A DNA stretch of 64,000 bases, taken from positions 13,702,001 through 13,766,000 of the forward strand of contig OX597817.1 of the NCBI GenBank assembly GCA_951406725.2. Direction: 5' to 3'. Below are positions 52,030-64,000 of this stretch, one piece after another; position 1 is the stretch's first letter, and each line of letters begins with the position of its first letter. The position numbers and the translations under genes are program-made. The DNA comes from Octopus vulgaris (Eukaryota). Under the pieces are notes generated by a model. That model saw nothing but the letters and a program-made list of their open reading frames with translations, made no database searches and was not told where the DNA came from.

Positions 52030-52268
52030 AAGGCGGCGAGCTGGCAGACACGTTAGCGCGCCGGGCGAAATGCGTAGCCGTATTTCGTCTGCCGTAACGT
52101 TCTGAGTTCAAATTCCGCCGAGGTCGACTTTGCCTTTCATCTTTTCGGGGTCGATAAATAAAGTACCAGTTACGCACTGGGGTCGATGTAATCGACTTAA
52201 TCCGGCGTTTGTCTGTCCTTGTTTGTCCTCTCTGTGTTTAGCCCCTTGTGGGTAGTAAAGAAATAGGT
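52030..52268 (+). mobile_element. SINE family B, full length
   Basis: Consensus match; TSD ggtaacatttatggagttta. Confidence 0.93.
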
Positions 52269-52761
52269 AACATTTATGGAGTTTAGAATGTGTGAATACA
52301 TCAATGGTCTCGCAAGTATATTCCCTTTCAATTGATTTTAAATTAATGGTATTTTTCCTTTTTACATATAATCAGTTCCCTTCATTTATTAGATCTGGAT
52401 GATGCAAATTATATTTGTATGTTCTTGATTAAAGAAACTCCAGCATTTCCACTTTACTTGGTTATTCTTTTGTTATTTAAGCTTGATGCATCGGTGATTA
52501 TAAATATAATCGAGAAGCTAAGGTCAGGTTGTAAAATCTGTAGGTATCCTCGTTAATTGGTCGCATAGGATCTACTTGAACTAAACTACAGACAAGACAT
52601 TCACATCTTCACAAATCTTGTTTTCAGACGAACAATATACGTTCTTTATATTTACATTCAGTAAAGATTTAATTGAAATGTTCCGTAATATTTCATTAAT
52701 ATCATAGGAATTCCATATTCTTCACACTTTGGCCTTCCGCCGTTTTTGTTACGCATTTATG

Positions 52762-52822
<61 letters not shown>

Positions 52823-53846
52823 CTTTATTGATTGCATAAATCTCTGTACCATGTTTACGTATATGTATGATTCCGTATGTGTGTACATGTGGTGTTTATG
52901 TGTGTGTGTATAAGTATGTATGGCTGCTTGTATGTATGTATGTATGCATGTATGTATGTATGTATGTATGTATGTATGTATGTATGTATGTATGTATGTA
53001 TGTATGTATGTATGTATGTATGCATGTATGTATGTATTTATGTATGTATGTATGTATGCATGTATGTATGTATGTATGCATGTATGTATGTATGTATGTA
53101 TGTATGTATGTATGTATGTATGTATGTATGTATGTATGTATGTATGTATGTATGTATGTATGTATGTATGTATGTATGTATGTATGTATGTATGTATGTA
53201 TGTATGTATGTATGTATGCATGTATGTATGTATGTATGCATGTATGTTTAAACTCTAAACTTAATTTCCATTTAATTCAATAAAAGCTGTTTGCTAAGTA
53301 GCAAAGTTCCTTTCTACGAACACGAATTTGGATAACTTAGAAACTAAATATATGGAATGTTTTACATATTAAACAGTTTTCCCCAGACTTGGCACCATCA
53401 TCACACATCGTGCTAATCAATAGATTCCACTTGATCTTTGTAAGACTCATTTTATTCAAGATTGCTTTCCAGACATTTCGTTACAAAAGCAAACACCCGC
53501 GTCTCCACAGTTACAAACATTGTGTCTCCTTAGTTGTTCATAAACATTTTCTCACTTTCTTAGTTTCCAACGTTTTAGAAAGCTTCAAACTTCTATTATG
53601 ATGCATAAATCTACAGATAATAATATTGATTCATTATGTTAAAATTTTCGGTTATGTCCTCGATTTCGTTTCATAGTTAAGGTTGCTTATGGCGTAACAT
53701 TCGAATACACGCGTGAATGTAGGCAGGATAATGCAGAATAGTATTAATAGGTTCCTAGTTACTTAAGACTAATTCAGTGTGTTTCTCAGGGATACTGAAG
53801 TATTAACTGACAAAATAAGATGTATTTTTTATCCTTGAGGTAAGTG

Positions 53847-53884
<38 letters not shown>

Positions 53885-54227
53885 TCAGTTACAAGGACAT
53901 GTAATGTATAAAGAATGTGATAAATATCAAGAATTGTTCTCTCTGGAATAACCTTACTTATGAAGGTTGCCGTTATCTGTCGCGATGGAGAAGATTTTCT
54001 CTGGCAAGAAAGGCGGTTTGATAATAGATATGCTGTTCAATACTTTTTATTTCTACTTGAAAATGACAAGTACACACATACATACAGACACAGTTGTATG
54101 CATGTGTATGTATGTATGTATGTATGTATGTATGTATGTATGTATGTATGTATGTATGTATGTATGCATGTATGTATGTATGTATGTATGTATGTATGTA
54201 TGTATGTATGTTTCTTCTATTTTTTAG

Positions 54228-55305
54228 TTATTATAAATCTTCCACCGGGGAGGGAGCCGGTTTCCAACAAAAAGACAAGGCTCCATCTTCAGAATGTAGT
54301 GAACACGGACAAATTCACATTTGGAAACTGAGAAATGTCTTGCATATTTTTACTGTTCCACTCATAGATTGCACTTGTAATGTACGAATTAGCCGGTCGA
54401 TTTCTCTTTCTGAAAATCCCAGTTTATCCACATTTTCCTTTAAGCGTTTACTAACAAAACCTAGTGTTTCAATTATTATTGGTATGGATAAGAATTTATA
54501 GTCTGGATATAGAAGCTGGAGGTTTCGAAGCAGTTGTCCATAGATATCCACTTTTTTTTTTGATTTTCAAAGAGATGTTTATATCTACAGGGCAGCTGAC
54601 CTCTATGATGGTACATTCCTTTGCCCCTCTGTCCCAAACAACAAAATCCGGCCTGTTATGTTTACATTTGTCAGAAGTTTTGATGAGAATATTCCATCAG
54701 TATTCCTTGTGTTGGTGTTTATGAATTTATTCCATATAGGAGGGATTTTCTAAGTTTATTTCAGGACAGTCTTTCTTGCAGATGGCATTGTAAATTGTTT
54801 TAGCAACAACATCACGCCGCATAGGAAGGTGGTACCGTAACTACATTTTAGGACAGCTGCTAATCACAGAAACGTGACTTAGCCTACACATGCGGTTGCA
54901 CCCTGGGATTACAAGAGCGTCACTGTCTCTCTTGTTTACTACGTACTCTGTGGCAATCTCCTCTTCCTGGATTGCAAACGCGTGATGTGATGTAGTGGTC
55001 TTGTGTCCAAGAGAGGCTGCGCTTAGTGTCATTTCTACTGTCTTCTTCAAGCTGCCGGGCAATATACCTATGGATAGTCATTTTTTTTTGTATGCCGAGT
55101 GCCTTCCATCCCGGTCTTCTCTGAGGTAAGAGAGCTCAGCTGTTTCGGGGCTGTATAGGGGATCATCAGGAAGAGAGTGCTTCTTGGGGAGCTCACTGCC
55201 AACTCGTACAATATTGCTTACTTCACTTTTCAGCACGGCATGTATGTATTTATTTTTGCTGCTGATGCTGCCTGGATGATACCATACGGCATTCGAAGAC
55301 CATCT
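54228..55305 (-). mobile_element. Degenerate 3' end of an R4/Dong-like non-LTR retrotransposon (restriction-like endonuclease clade)
   Basis: Minus-strand motifs AIQEEEIATEY, CRL..ISSCPKM (CCHC relic), RRDVVAKTIY, HNRPD, EVSCP, LYPDYKF..PIII..LG, GTVKICKTFL; frameshifted. Confidence 0.8.
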
Positions 55306-55486
55306 GCAATGTGTGTATGTTTGTATGTATGTATGTATGTATGTATGTATGTATGTATGTATGTATGTACGCATGTATATATGTATGTATGTATGCATGC
55401 ATGTATGATTGTATGTATGTACGTATTATGTATGTATGTATGTATGTACGTACGCATGTATATATGTATGTATGTATGTATGTATT

Positions 55487-55517
<31 letters not shown>

Positions 55518-55586
55518 GTATGTATGTATGCATGCATGTATTATGTATGTGTGCATGCATGCATGTATGTATGTTTGTATGTATGT

Positions 55587-56238
55587 CATTATTCAGTTTA
55601 TTTCAAGATTTCTTGCCAATAGAGAAAGAAGCGGTTTCTAACCTAGATCCAAGGTTTTTCCATTGGAATTTCAACATCACCAACAGGGTGTTCTTGCTTA
55701 TTTGTATGTATGTATGTATGTTTGTATGTATGTATATTTGTATGTATGTATGTATGTATGTATGTATGTATGTATGTATGTATGTATGTTTGTATGTATG
55801 TATGTTTGTATGTTTGTATGTATGTATGTTTGTATGTATGTATGTATGTATGTGTGTATGTATGTATGTATGTATGTATGTATGTATGTATGTATGTATG
55901 TATGTATGTATGTTTGTATGTATGTATGTATGTATGTATGTTTGTATGTTTGTATGTATGTATGTATGTATGTATGTATGTATGTTTGTATGTTTGTATG
56001 TATGTATGTATGCATGCATGTATGTATGTATGTATGTATGCATGTGTGTTTGTATGTATGTATGTGTGTATGTGTGTGTGTATGTATGCATGCATGTGTG
56101 CATGTATGTTTGTATGTATGTCATTATTCAGTTTATTTCAAGATTTCTTGACAATAGAGAAAGAAACGGTTTCTAGCCTAGATCTAAAGTTCTTCCATTG
56201 GAATTTCAACATCACCAACAGGGTGTTTTTGCTTATTT
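55587..56238 (-). mobile_element. Two copies of a ~115-bp element end (55587-55702, 56122-56238) within (TATG)n
   Basis: cattattcagtttatttcaagatttcttg...gcttattt occurs twice and resembles the 54228-54300 LINE 3' UTR (cggtttc core). Confidence 0.6.
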
Positions 56239-56315
56239 GTATGTATGTATGTATGTATGTATGTATGTATGTATGTATGTATGTATGTATGTATGTATGT
56301 ATGTATGTATGTATG

Positions 56316-56349
<34 letters not shown>

Positions 56350-56379
56350 TGTATGTGCAGATTCATATATTTCGTTTTA

Positions 56380-56640
56380 TGTATTCTCATGCATATAGTT
56401 GCTTGTCTAGATATGCTCATATGTACTTAAATGATAAACTTCTGGAAAGTTTTACAGTTTTTTTTTTACAGTTCCAGTAATGGTTTGGATCTTAAGTCTT
56501 TGAATCAGCATTCTCGTTTCTGGTTTTGAGAAGCCTAATTTCTCAAAATTGGTACTGAGGCAGTAAGAACCCGAACTTGTAACCTGGATTAGAATAACTG
56601 TAGATTTCTCAATAATTCAGCGTAAGGTATTTTCTTTTTC
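56380..56640 (-). mobile_element. Second R4/Dong-like LINE 3' fragment
   Basis: Minus strand reads ...IQTITGTVK..KTFQKFII*, resembling the C-terminus of the 54228-55305 element. Confidence 0.55.
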
Positions 56641-57195
56641 TTTTTATGTATGTATGTATGTATGTATGTATGTATGTATGTTTGTATGTATGTATGTATG
56701 TTTGCTTGCGTTATGCATGTGAGGTTATTTGATAAGCATAATTTTGTATCTTAGGTTGTTAGAATATTTAAAGTATGTTGTTAGATATGTATTATCTTTT
56801 CCCTTTGATGTTCAATGAATATAATTTTTGCTTTTATTTCGGCGAAGTAGAAAAAATTACATTGCTTAAAATTCAAGGTTATAAATGCCTGATATTATTG
56901 ACTTCCCGATTGGTTTACAAAGTGAGAAAGAAATCTAGTAAAGGAAGTTTTAGTGTTCTGTCATAACATATGATTAGTGAGAGAATAGAAAATAAAGTAT
57001 GATTAAATTCAGTAGATTTGTTATTGTTCAAATCCAAGTCACTGACAAAAATGAATATAATATTACATTCATATATCTGTTTGTTGATTCAAAACCACAC
57101 TCCACCAGTGCCCTAGAAATTCGTTAGAGGCGTTGACAGTCATATTCCGCCACATCAAAGTCTGAATATTCATGAATTTACTTTGAAAAGATGAT

Positions 57196-57575
57196 GGAAG
57201 CACTCCGTCGGTTACGACGACGAGGGCTCCGGTTGATCCGATCAACGGAACAGCCTGCTCGTGAAATTAACGTGTAAGTGGCTGAGTACTCCACAGACAC
57301 GTGTACCCTTAACGCAGTTCTCGGGGATATTCAGCGTGACACAGAGAGTGACAAGGCCGGCCCTTTGAAATACAGGCACAACAGAAACAGGAAGTAAGAT
57401 TGAGAGAAAGTTGTGGTGAAAGAGTACAGCAGGGATCACCACCATCCCTGCCGGAGCATCGTGGAGCTTTAGGTGTTTTCGCTCAATAAACACTCACAAC
57501 GCCCAGTCTGGGAATCGAAACCGCGATCCTACGACCGCGAGTCCGCTGCCCTAACCACTGGGCCATTGCCCCTCC
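57196..57575 (-). mobile_element. SINE family C, full length
   Basis: Consensus match; 13-bp TSD actttgaaaagat. Confidence 0.93.
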
Positions 57576-58606
57576 ACTTTGAAAAGATACAGTAGTGGTT
57601 TCTCGTTGATTATTTGCAATAGCACTTAGTTTTCTGCTCTCTCAAGCTTTATCCATGACGCAACAAGGATTATTTACCCTTAGGCAGAGAGACTGCTTAA
57701 GGGTACACATGCCATCAAGACTTTTCCACACGCTGGTGAGCCTGTGTGGCCACATGTCTAGGGGCCAGCTCTACGCTGAGTCCTGCATGTCTCAATCAGA
57801 GAAAAACTTCCTGCTATTTGACACAGAATTGGGGTCCTGGATGGATAGTACCAACTCCGGCCAGAGCGGACCTGAGTGTTGTAGCGATTAAAGGGTAACT
57901 TTATATACTCCGGACCTCACCACCGGATGTAATTTATTATCTTGCAAAGAGCACGGTAATCTCGTGCCATTATGGAAATGAATCGTGACATTCACAAGTT
58001 TAATTTACAATTAAATAAGTAGACTTCCGCCGCTATAATCCCCAATGTGGGAGGGAGAGGTCAGTGAAGTCTGATAAATTACTAAATGATAAACAAACCA
58101 GTCGCTTCGAACCTTATCGCAAATTGCCTTAAGTAGCCACTCGGGCCTAATTTCATAGCAATACTAAATATAAACATACATGGATATAAATCTGTATGTT
58201 TACGGAGTCATAAACTAAGGTATAATGGTAGTAATTTTAGTAACCGATAGATTTATTTCCCTGTATCAAAGTCATAAACAGTTTCTAGTCACCGATATTG
58301 ACTTGCGTAGCTATGCAATATAGGTTATGAACGAATAAATAAATGGAATCATATCCATATGTATTTAGTTTCGCTGTAAAATTAAACACACGAGAGCTTT
58401 TGCGTCACCTTGGGACGACGTTGGAATCTGTCGATTTTATTGTTATTTGACAATTCATCGCAAGTCGCTGGCCTCTTCTCAAACTGCCGAATGACAGTAA
58501 TGGAAGGTTACGTGATAAAATGTAAATAAATATTTTGTCATACACAACACATTTGCATAATCACCGGCGGTTGATTGGTCCGACTATAGCTTATATCCCA
58601 CTGTAT

Positions 58607-59397
58607 AAGGCGGTGAGCTGGCAGAAATGTTAGCGCGCCGGTCGAAATGCTTAGCGGTATTTCGTCTGCTGTTACGTTCTGGGTTCAAATTCCGCCGAGG
58701 TCGACTTTGCCTTTCATCCTTTCGGGGTCGATAAATTAAGTACCAGTTACGCACTGGGGTCGATGTAATCGACTTAATACCTATGTCTGTCCTTGTTTGT
58801 CCCTTCTATGTTTAGCCCCTTGTGGGTAATAAAGAAATAGAAATAGGCATTTCGTCAGCCGTTACGTTCTGAGTTCCAATTCCGCCGAGGTCGACTTTGC
58901 CTTTCATCCTTTTGGGGTCGATAAATTAAGTACCAGTTACGCACTGAGGTCGATGTAATCGACTTAATACCTATGTCTGTCCTTGTTTGTCCCCTCTGTG
59001 TTTAGCCCCTTGTGGGTAATAAAGAAATAGGTATTTCGGCTACAGTTACGTTGTGAGTTCAAATTCCACCGAGGTCGACTTTGCCTTTCATCCTTTCGGG
59101 GTCGATAAATAAAGTACCAGTTACGCACTGGGGTCGATATAATCGACTTAATCCGTCTGTCTGTCCTTGTTTGTCCCCTCTGTGTTTAGCCCCTTGTGGG
59201 TAATAAAGAAATAGGTATTTCGTCTGTCGTTACGTTCTGAGTTCAAATTCCGCCGAGGTCGACTTTGCCTTTCATCCTTTCGAGGTCGATAAATAAAGTA
59301 CCAGTTTCGCACTGGGGTCGATGAGGTCGACTTAATCCTTTTGTCAGTCCTTGTTTGTCCCCTCTATGTTTAGCCCCTTGTGGGCAATAAAGAAATA
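58607..59397 (+). mobile_element. SINE family B tetramer (one full head plus three 5'-truncated units)
   Basis: ~185-bp units joined at aaagaaatag|gtatttcg; single 15-bp TSD tatatcccactgtat at 58592-58606 and 59398-59412. Confidence 0.94.
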
Positions 59398-59877
59398 TAT
59401 ATCCCACTGTATCAATTCAAATACTTCAGCAACGTATAGTCAGATGTATGGTCAGAAACTATACATCTATGGCTTACAATTTATTCTCTTCCGGATAAAT
59501 TCTTTTGGTAGGAAGAAAACGTAGATTGTCATTGATTTCTATATAATCAAATGGTTACGTACAATAGATAAGTTGTTTCACTCCTAACACCTTTAAGGTG
59601 CATTCATACCTTATCGACAGCGTATCTCTGAACTTAAGAGAAACGTTTTTCTGTTTTTACTTGATCCGAACTTAAGCTAAGCGTTTCTTAATACTGTTGT
59701 ATGGATCACATTTACAAAGTCAAAAGTTGGGCAATAATATAATCGACCTTTATTAATCTGGCATCGGCATCATTGTGTAGTGCCGGCTTAGTGAGTTTGT
59801 TGGATATATATAAACTGGAAAGAAAAGCCTGTCGCAATTCAGGATGGTAAAGGAACAAACGCTTCTTTGGTTCTAAT

Positions 59878-59932
<55 letters not shown>

Positions 59933-59934
<2 letters not shown>

Positions 59935-60123
59935 TAATCCAAACAAGAAAACAAAAAAACAAAAAAAAAAAAACACAACAACGCAAGGGTGTGGAACAAA
60001 TAAAGTATTATTGGACGCTCAGGAAAGAAGGGAGCTCTTCGTCGGAAACATAGGATAAGAAAAGATCCCGAGAAGGGAAGACAGAGGAAAAATAAATCGC
60101 CAGCTGTACTCACGAGGTCACAT
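59933..60123 (-). mobile_element. Penelope-like family E copy with internal deletion
   Basis: Homolog of 44970-45178, flanked by (TA)n. Confidence 0.7.
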
Positions 60124-60233
60124 TATATATATATATATATAATATTAATTCGAGACAAAACCACTATTTTGCAAAACAAACAAGGAAAGACTTAATCAAT
60201 ACATAAAAATTTTAATATAAAGTAAATAAACCG

Positions 60234-60277
60234 CCACTACAATCGTTTCATGTCTTCAAATGACATTCGTCAGGTGG
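60234..60277 (-). ncRNA. Type I hammerhead ribozyme motif with canonical core
   Basis: Minus strand CCAC-CTGACGA-ATGTC atttgaa GACAT-GAAAC gatt GTA-GTGG, inside a ~190-bp insert (60141-60330) flanked by (TA)n. Confidence 0.75.
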
Positions 60278-60323
60278 ATTTCCGATCTTCTAATCAGTTT
60301 TAATTTATGAAGTTACTTAATAC

Positions 60324-60375
<52 letters not shown>

Positions 60376-60559
60376 AGATAATATTTCCTCTCTTTATTGG
60401 TAAGTCAATCTCTTCTTTTTGGCAAATCATTACCTTCGAGCATAAATTTCTTTAGATTCTTTAGGTTAAAAAAAAAGGGGGACATTGACTATCATTTTTA
60501 ATCTTTTCACAATAAATAAACTGTTTTCCCTCTCAATAGTGTTGCAATCGCTCGAAAAG

Positions 60560-61420
60560 ATGATAGTCAGCTGGATCACAGTCAAGAGAGTAAGGAAGAT
60601 AAAGCAAAATCTTTCCTATTTAGAACTGTAATCTTTTTCCTGGGTTACTTGAGCGATAAGTGGTCTTGCATTATCGTGTAAGAGCAACACCCCTATACGA
60701 TAGACCAATAATGGGCGCGTTTAATTCAAATTATGCAATGTTTCCAATTGACTACAGTACTTCAAATTAACTGTTTCGCTTTGGTTCAACACTTTGTGAT
60801 AGATGACACCCTATATTTCCCTTCAAACAGAGAGCATAACTTTTTTCGAGGGTAATACTGCCTTGGGGATAGCTTCTTCTTTTTCATTGGGTGCTAACCA
60901 TTGTTTTCGTTGGATATGATTATAGAAAACCCACTTTTCATCACATGTGACGATTATCCAGAAGAGGTTCAGTAGAAAGTCAACTTTATAACGACGAGCA
61001 GAGGAAAACTCTGATTAATCTGAAAAACGGTCAGGTAACATGGGACCGACTGACTAAGTTTAGACACTTTTCAGAGTTCATCGAAGTACGACATGAATTG
61101 AACTGTTTTACTAATCCTTGCGCAGTTTGCTTTGGATTTACCTGCACTACAATTTTAAGAGCCTCAATATTGACAGAGCATGGTCGTCCAAAGCAAGGAT
61201 AATTTAACAGAAAAATTTCATTGGCTAAACTGGCCCAAACCATCATTAGTATTTCGGACATTTAAAACCTTATTTCCATAAGCATAACGAATATTTATTG
61301 CTGTTCCCACAGCTGAAAATCTTTTGAGTTCATACAGAAAACTGTGTCTCATAAGAGTGATCTAAACTGTGCCTCATAAATGTAATCTAAACTCATTTTC
61401 AAAACGGTAAAATCGATACG
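60560..61420 (-). mobile_element. Mariner transposase relic
   Basis: Minus-strand motifs GRP, IVTCDEKW and HDNARP; many stops and frameshifts. Confidence 0.8.
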
Positions 61421-61609
61421 AATTTAATCACTATGGTATAAACTAACTTGTAAAGAAACAGAACAAAGCCCAAAACATTAGAATATTTTTTAAAATGCTT
61501 ATTTCTTACAGCAAATGTGTGAGCACACACGCCTGTGTAATGTGATCGGTGATGTATAACAACATCCAATAGTCTGGTCGATCACGTGAAATACACACAC
61601 ACATACATG

Positions 61610-62176
61610 CTAGCTGAATAGCCCGTTGTTGCCAGGCAATTTTTACAATAGAATATCTAATATAATTTTTAATTTATTCCATGTCAGAGCATGCCTTCCC
61701 CGACAGATAAGCCTCTTAACCAGGACAGATTTGTGCCAAAAAACTTCGTTGAAGATTTTTTTCCTTTTTAAATTATTTACATGTCTGTTCGACCGTTCCA
61801 CATGACTTTATTCATTAAAACTTCAGAAGTTTCTTCAACTTTGGTTGTCGTAATGCTTTGCTTTCGCTTGTTTAATACAAATTCCTCTTCCTAATGATTT
61901 TGATTTCATGTCGTGATAGATAGCTATCATGCAGAAAAGGCCAGCTTCCAAATCCTGTTTTCTGATTAGGTAAAACTGATTAAACTTTAAACCTCAGTAA
62001 CATTTTTCTGCAACTTTTCTGGAACAAATAAATAACAAAATCGGATTTAACGTGGAAAATTACTTCAATATAACAAATTTGGAAATTTTGACATACTTTT
62101 AAAACCTCACAATATGTGACAGCAGCAGAGAAGGCCCTACAAAAGTAGAGATAGACAGTTATAGGACGAGACACAC

Positions 62177-62244
<68 letters not shown>

Positions 62245-62767
62245 GCGCATTTACAAACGTACACACAGGTAGTCACGAGTCTAAAATGGTGTATAGTAGA
62301 CATATGTATGTATGTATGTATATATGTATGTATGCATATGTATGTATATATGTATATGTATGTGTATGTGTGTGTGTATGTGAGTGTTTCTTTGCGATGG
62401 GCAGCAGAAAGCCACCTAACACTTCTCTCCTTAAAGCTACGTATTCCTCACACCCACCGTTTTGTGTGTGTGTGTGCTGTATCTATGTATTTACGAAAGT
62501 ATGTATGCAGTGTCGCGTGTATATGGCAGCTGTAGTAATGTTTACATCCCATTGCCAAAGCTGTTCTCTCCTTCACTGATGTAAGTCACCCTCTCTCTAT
62601 AATGTGTCCTGGGGGCACATTATAGATTTTTATTGGAATTCAATTAGCCTGTTATTGAATTGGATGTTAGTGTAACATGTATGCAAAGTTTCGTGAATAT
62701 TGGTTCACTGGTTTAGGCACTAAGATGGTAACAAACAGACAGAAATTGCCATTTATATATATATAGA
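61610..62767 (-). mobile_element. Non-autonomous Helitron
   Basis: Minus strand starts tctatatatatataaatggcaatttctgtctgtttg and ends gcctggcaacaacgggc hairpin...cagCTAG. Confidence 0.65.
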
Positions 62768-62777
62768 CACATATATA

Positions 62778-63451
62778 CGAGGGGAAGTCAAAAGTTATCT
62801 GTACTTTCGCCATAGCATATCTTTATTATTGTCACACTACCTTCTGCGCATGCGTGCTTATAGCTGGTACTATTGTGATCACGTGATCAAAGTTTGAGCC
62901 TGATCACGCCATTTTTCTTTCTAGCTTTATAGTGTAAGCATTGCCGCTCCATTAGTAATGTGCACCAAAGTAGAACAAAGAGCAGTGATCCGAGAAATGG
63001 TAATGGTGAACCGGTTCACCATTGTCATCTCTCGAGCTTGCTAAAATCTACTCATCAGTGGTGGAGGTTGACGGGCGTCCTGATTTCTCTTCGCACGTCA
63101 CGCTTGGCCACTTTTAAACTTCTCGATTCACTACACACTTCTACACAGTAGAGCACTGTCCCCGTATTGCTGCTAAAAGCCTCCGATGAATTTCAGTACT
63201 TGACAAACCTTCCGACCAGAAAATCGGATCACTACCCTTTGTTCCTCTTTGGTGCACATTACTAGTGGAGCGGCCATGTGCTTACACTGTAAAGTCAGAA
63301 AGAAAAATGGCGTGATTGGGCTCAGACTTCCATCACATGTCCACAATAGCGCCATACACATGTCCACAATAGCACGCATACACAGAAGTATGTGTGATAA
63401 TCATCAAGAGATATTATGGCGAAAGTACGGATAATTTTTTACTTCCCCTGG
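62778..63451 (-). mobile_element. Non-autonomous mariner with ~220-bp inverted arms
   Basis: TA|cgaggggaagtcaaaagttatc ... gataattttttacttcccctgg|TA. Both arms run into the transposase start MAAPLVMCTKEEQRxVIR. Confidence 0.88.
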
Positions 63452-63494
63452 TATATACATATATAAATACACACACACACATGCACATACACAT

Positions 63495-63699
63495 ATGTGA
63501 CCTCGTGTGTACCGTTGGCGATTTTTTTCCTCTGTCTTCCCTTCTCGGGATCTTTCCTTCTCCTATGTTTCCGACGAAGAGCTCCGCTCGAAACGTTAAA
63601 CCCTCCTTCTTTCCTTCTTTCCTGAGCGTCCAATAATACTATATTTGTTCCACGTCCTCGCGTTGTTGTGTTTTTTTTTGTGTGCTTTCTTGTTTGGAT

Positions 63700-63703
<4 letters not shown>
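63495..63703 (+). mobile_element. Penelope-like family E copy
   Basis: Reverse complement of 44970-45178; hammerhead-like motif at 63567-63601; abuts (TA)n. Confidence 0.7.
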
Positions 63704-63754
<51 letters not shown>

Positions 63755-64000
63755 TAAGGGAATTACTATACATAAATGTCTCATGCTAGGAGGGACTCTT
63801 AAAGTCAAAACTACCATAATAAACACATTGTGCCGAACGCGAGGGAATGCAACTCTCGAAGCAGCCTTTTAAAAACAGATTCAGCTGAAGATCATATGAT
63901 TTCCTAATTAGTGCACAAAATGCACTTTTTAATCGTCAGTGCATGCATAATCAAGTCATATATTGTTTTTAAAAGGCTCGCTTCGAGAGTTGCATTCCTT

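Larger units (their letters stand above)
52765..56700. repeat. Cluster of (TATG)n arrays interleaved with LINE fragments
   Basis: Arrays at about 52930-53245, 54096-54210, 55310-55586, 55703-56120, 56239-56355 and 56646-56700. Confidence 0.95.

Overview
Eukaryotic, AT-rich, repeat-dense DNA, most likely an octopus (coleoid cephalopod); this is inferred from the SINE families and the microsatellite load. The first ~12 kb hold the 3' end of a + strand gene I recognise as core-binding factor beta (CBFB / Brother-Big brother). It has a coding exon at 1450 (VEDAVLREQTDQYNRRIRGFEERQRQFREQEVR...), a probable last exon at 8909-8962 and a ~2.8 kb 3' UTR. Two further candidate phase-0 terminal exons (4049, 6880) and an intron read-through tail would give up to four C-termini. 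The remaining ~52 kb show no host gene that I can support. They are a mosaic of four SINE-like families, Tc1/mariner relics and MITEs, Helitrons, R4/Dong-type LINE ends in (TATG)n arrays, Penelope-like repeats and long microsatellites. Almost all ORFs in the supplied track are microsatellite or SINE artefacts. Most notable: minimal type I hammerhead ribozyme motifs in several different Penelope-like repeats (one fully canonical at 60234-60277), the CBFB C-terminal splicing options, a 58-bp x4 array with ERE/ERR-like motifs, head-to-tail SINE multimers, and a CpG-decay boundary near 15 kb. All calls were made by eye; repeat boundaries are approximate.
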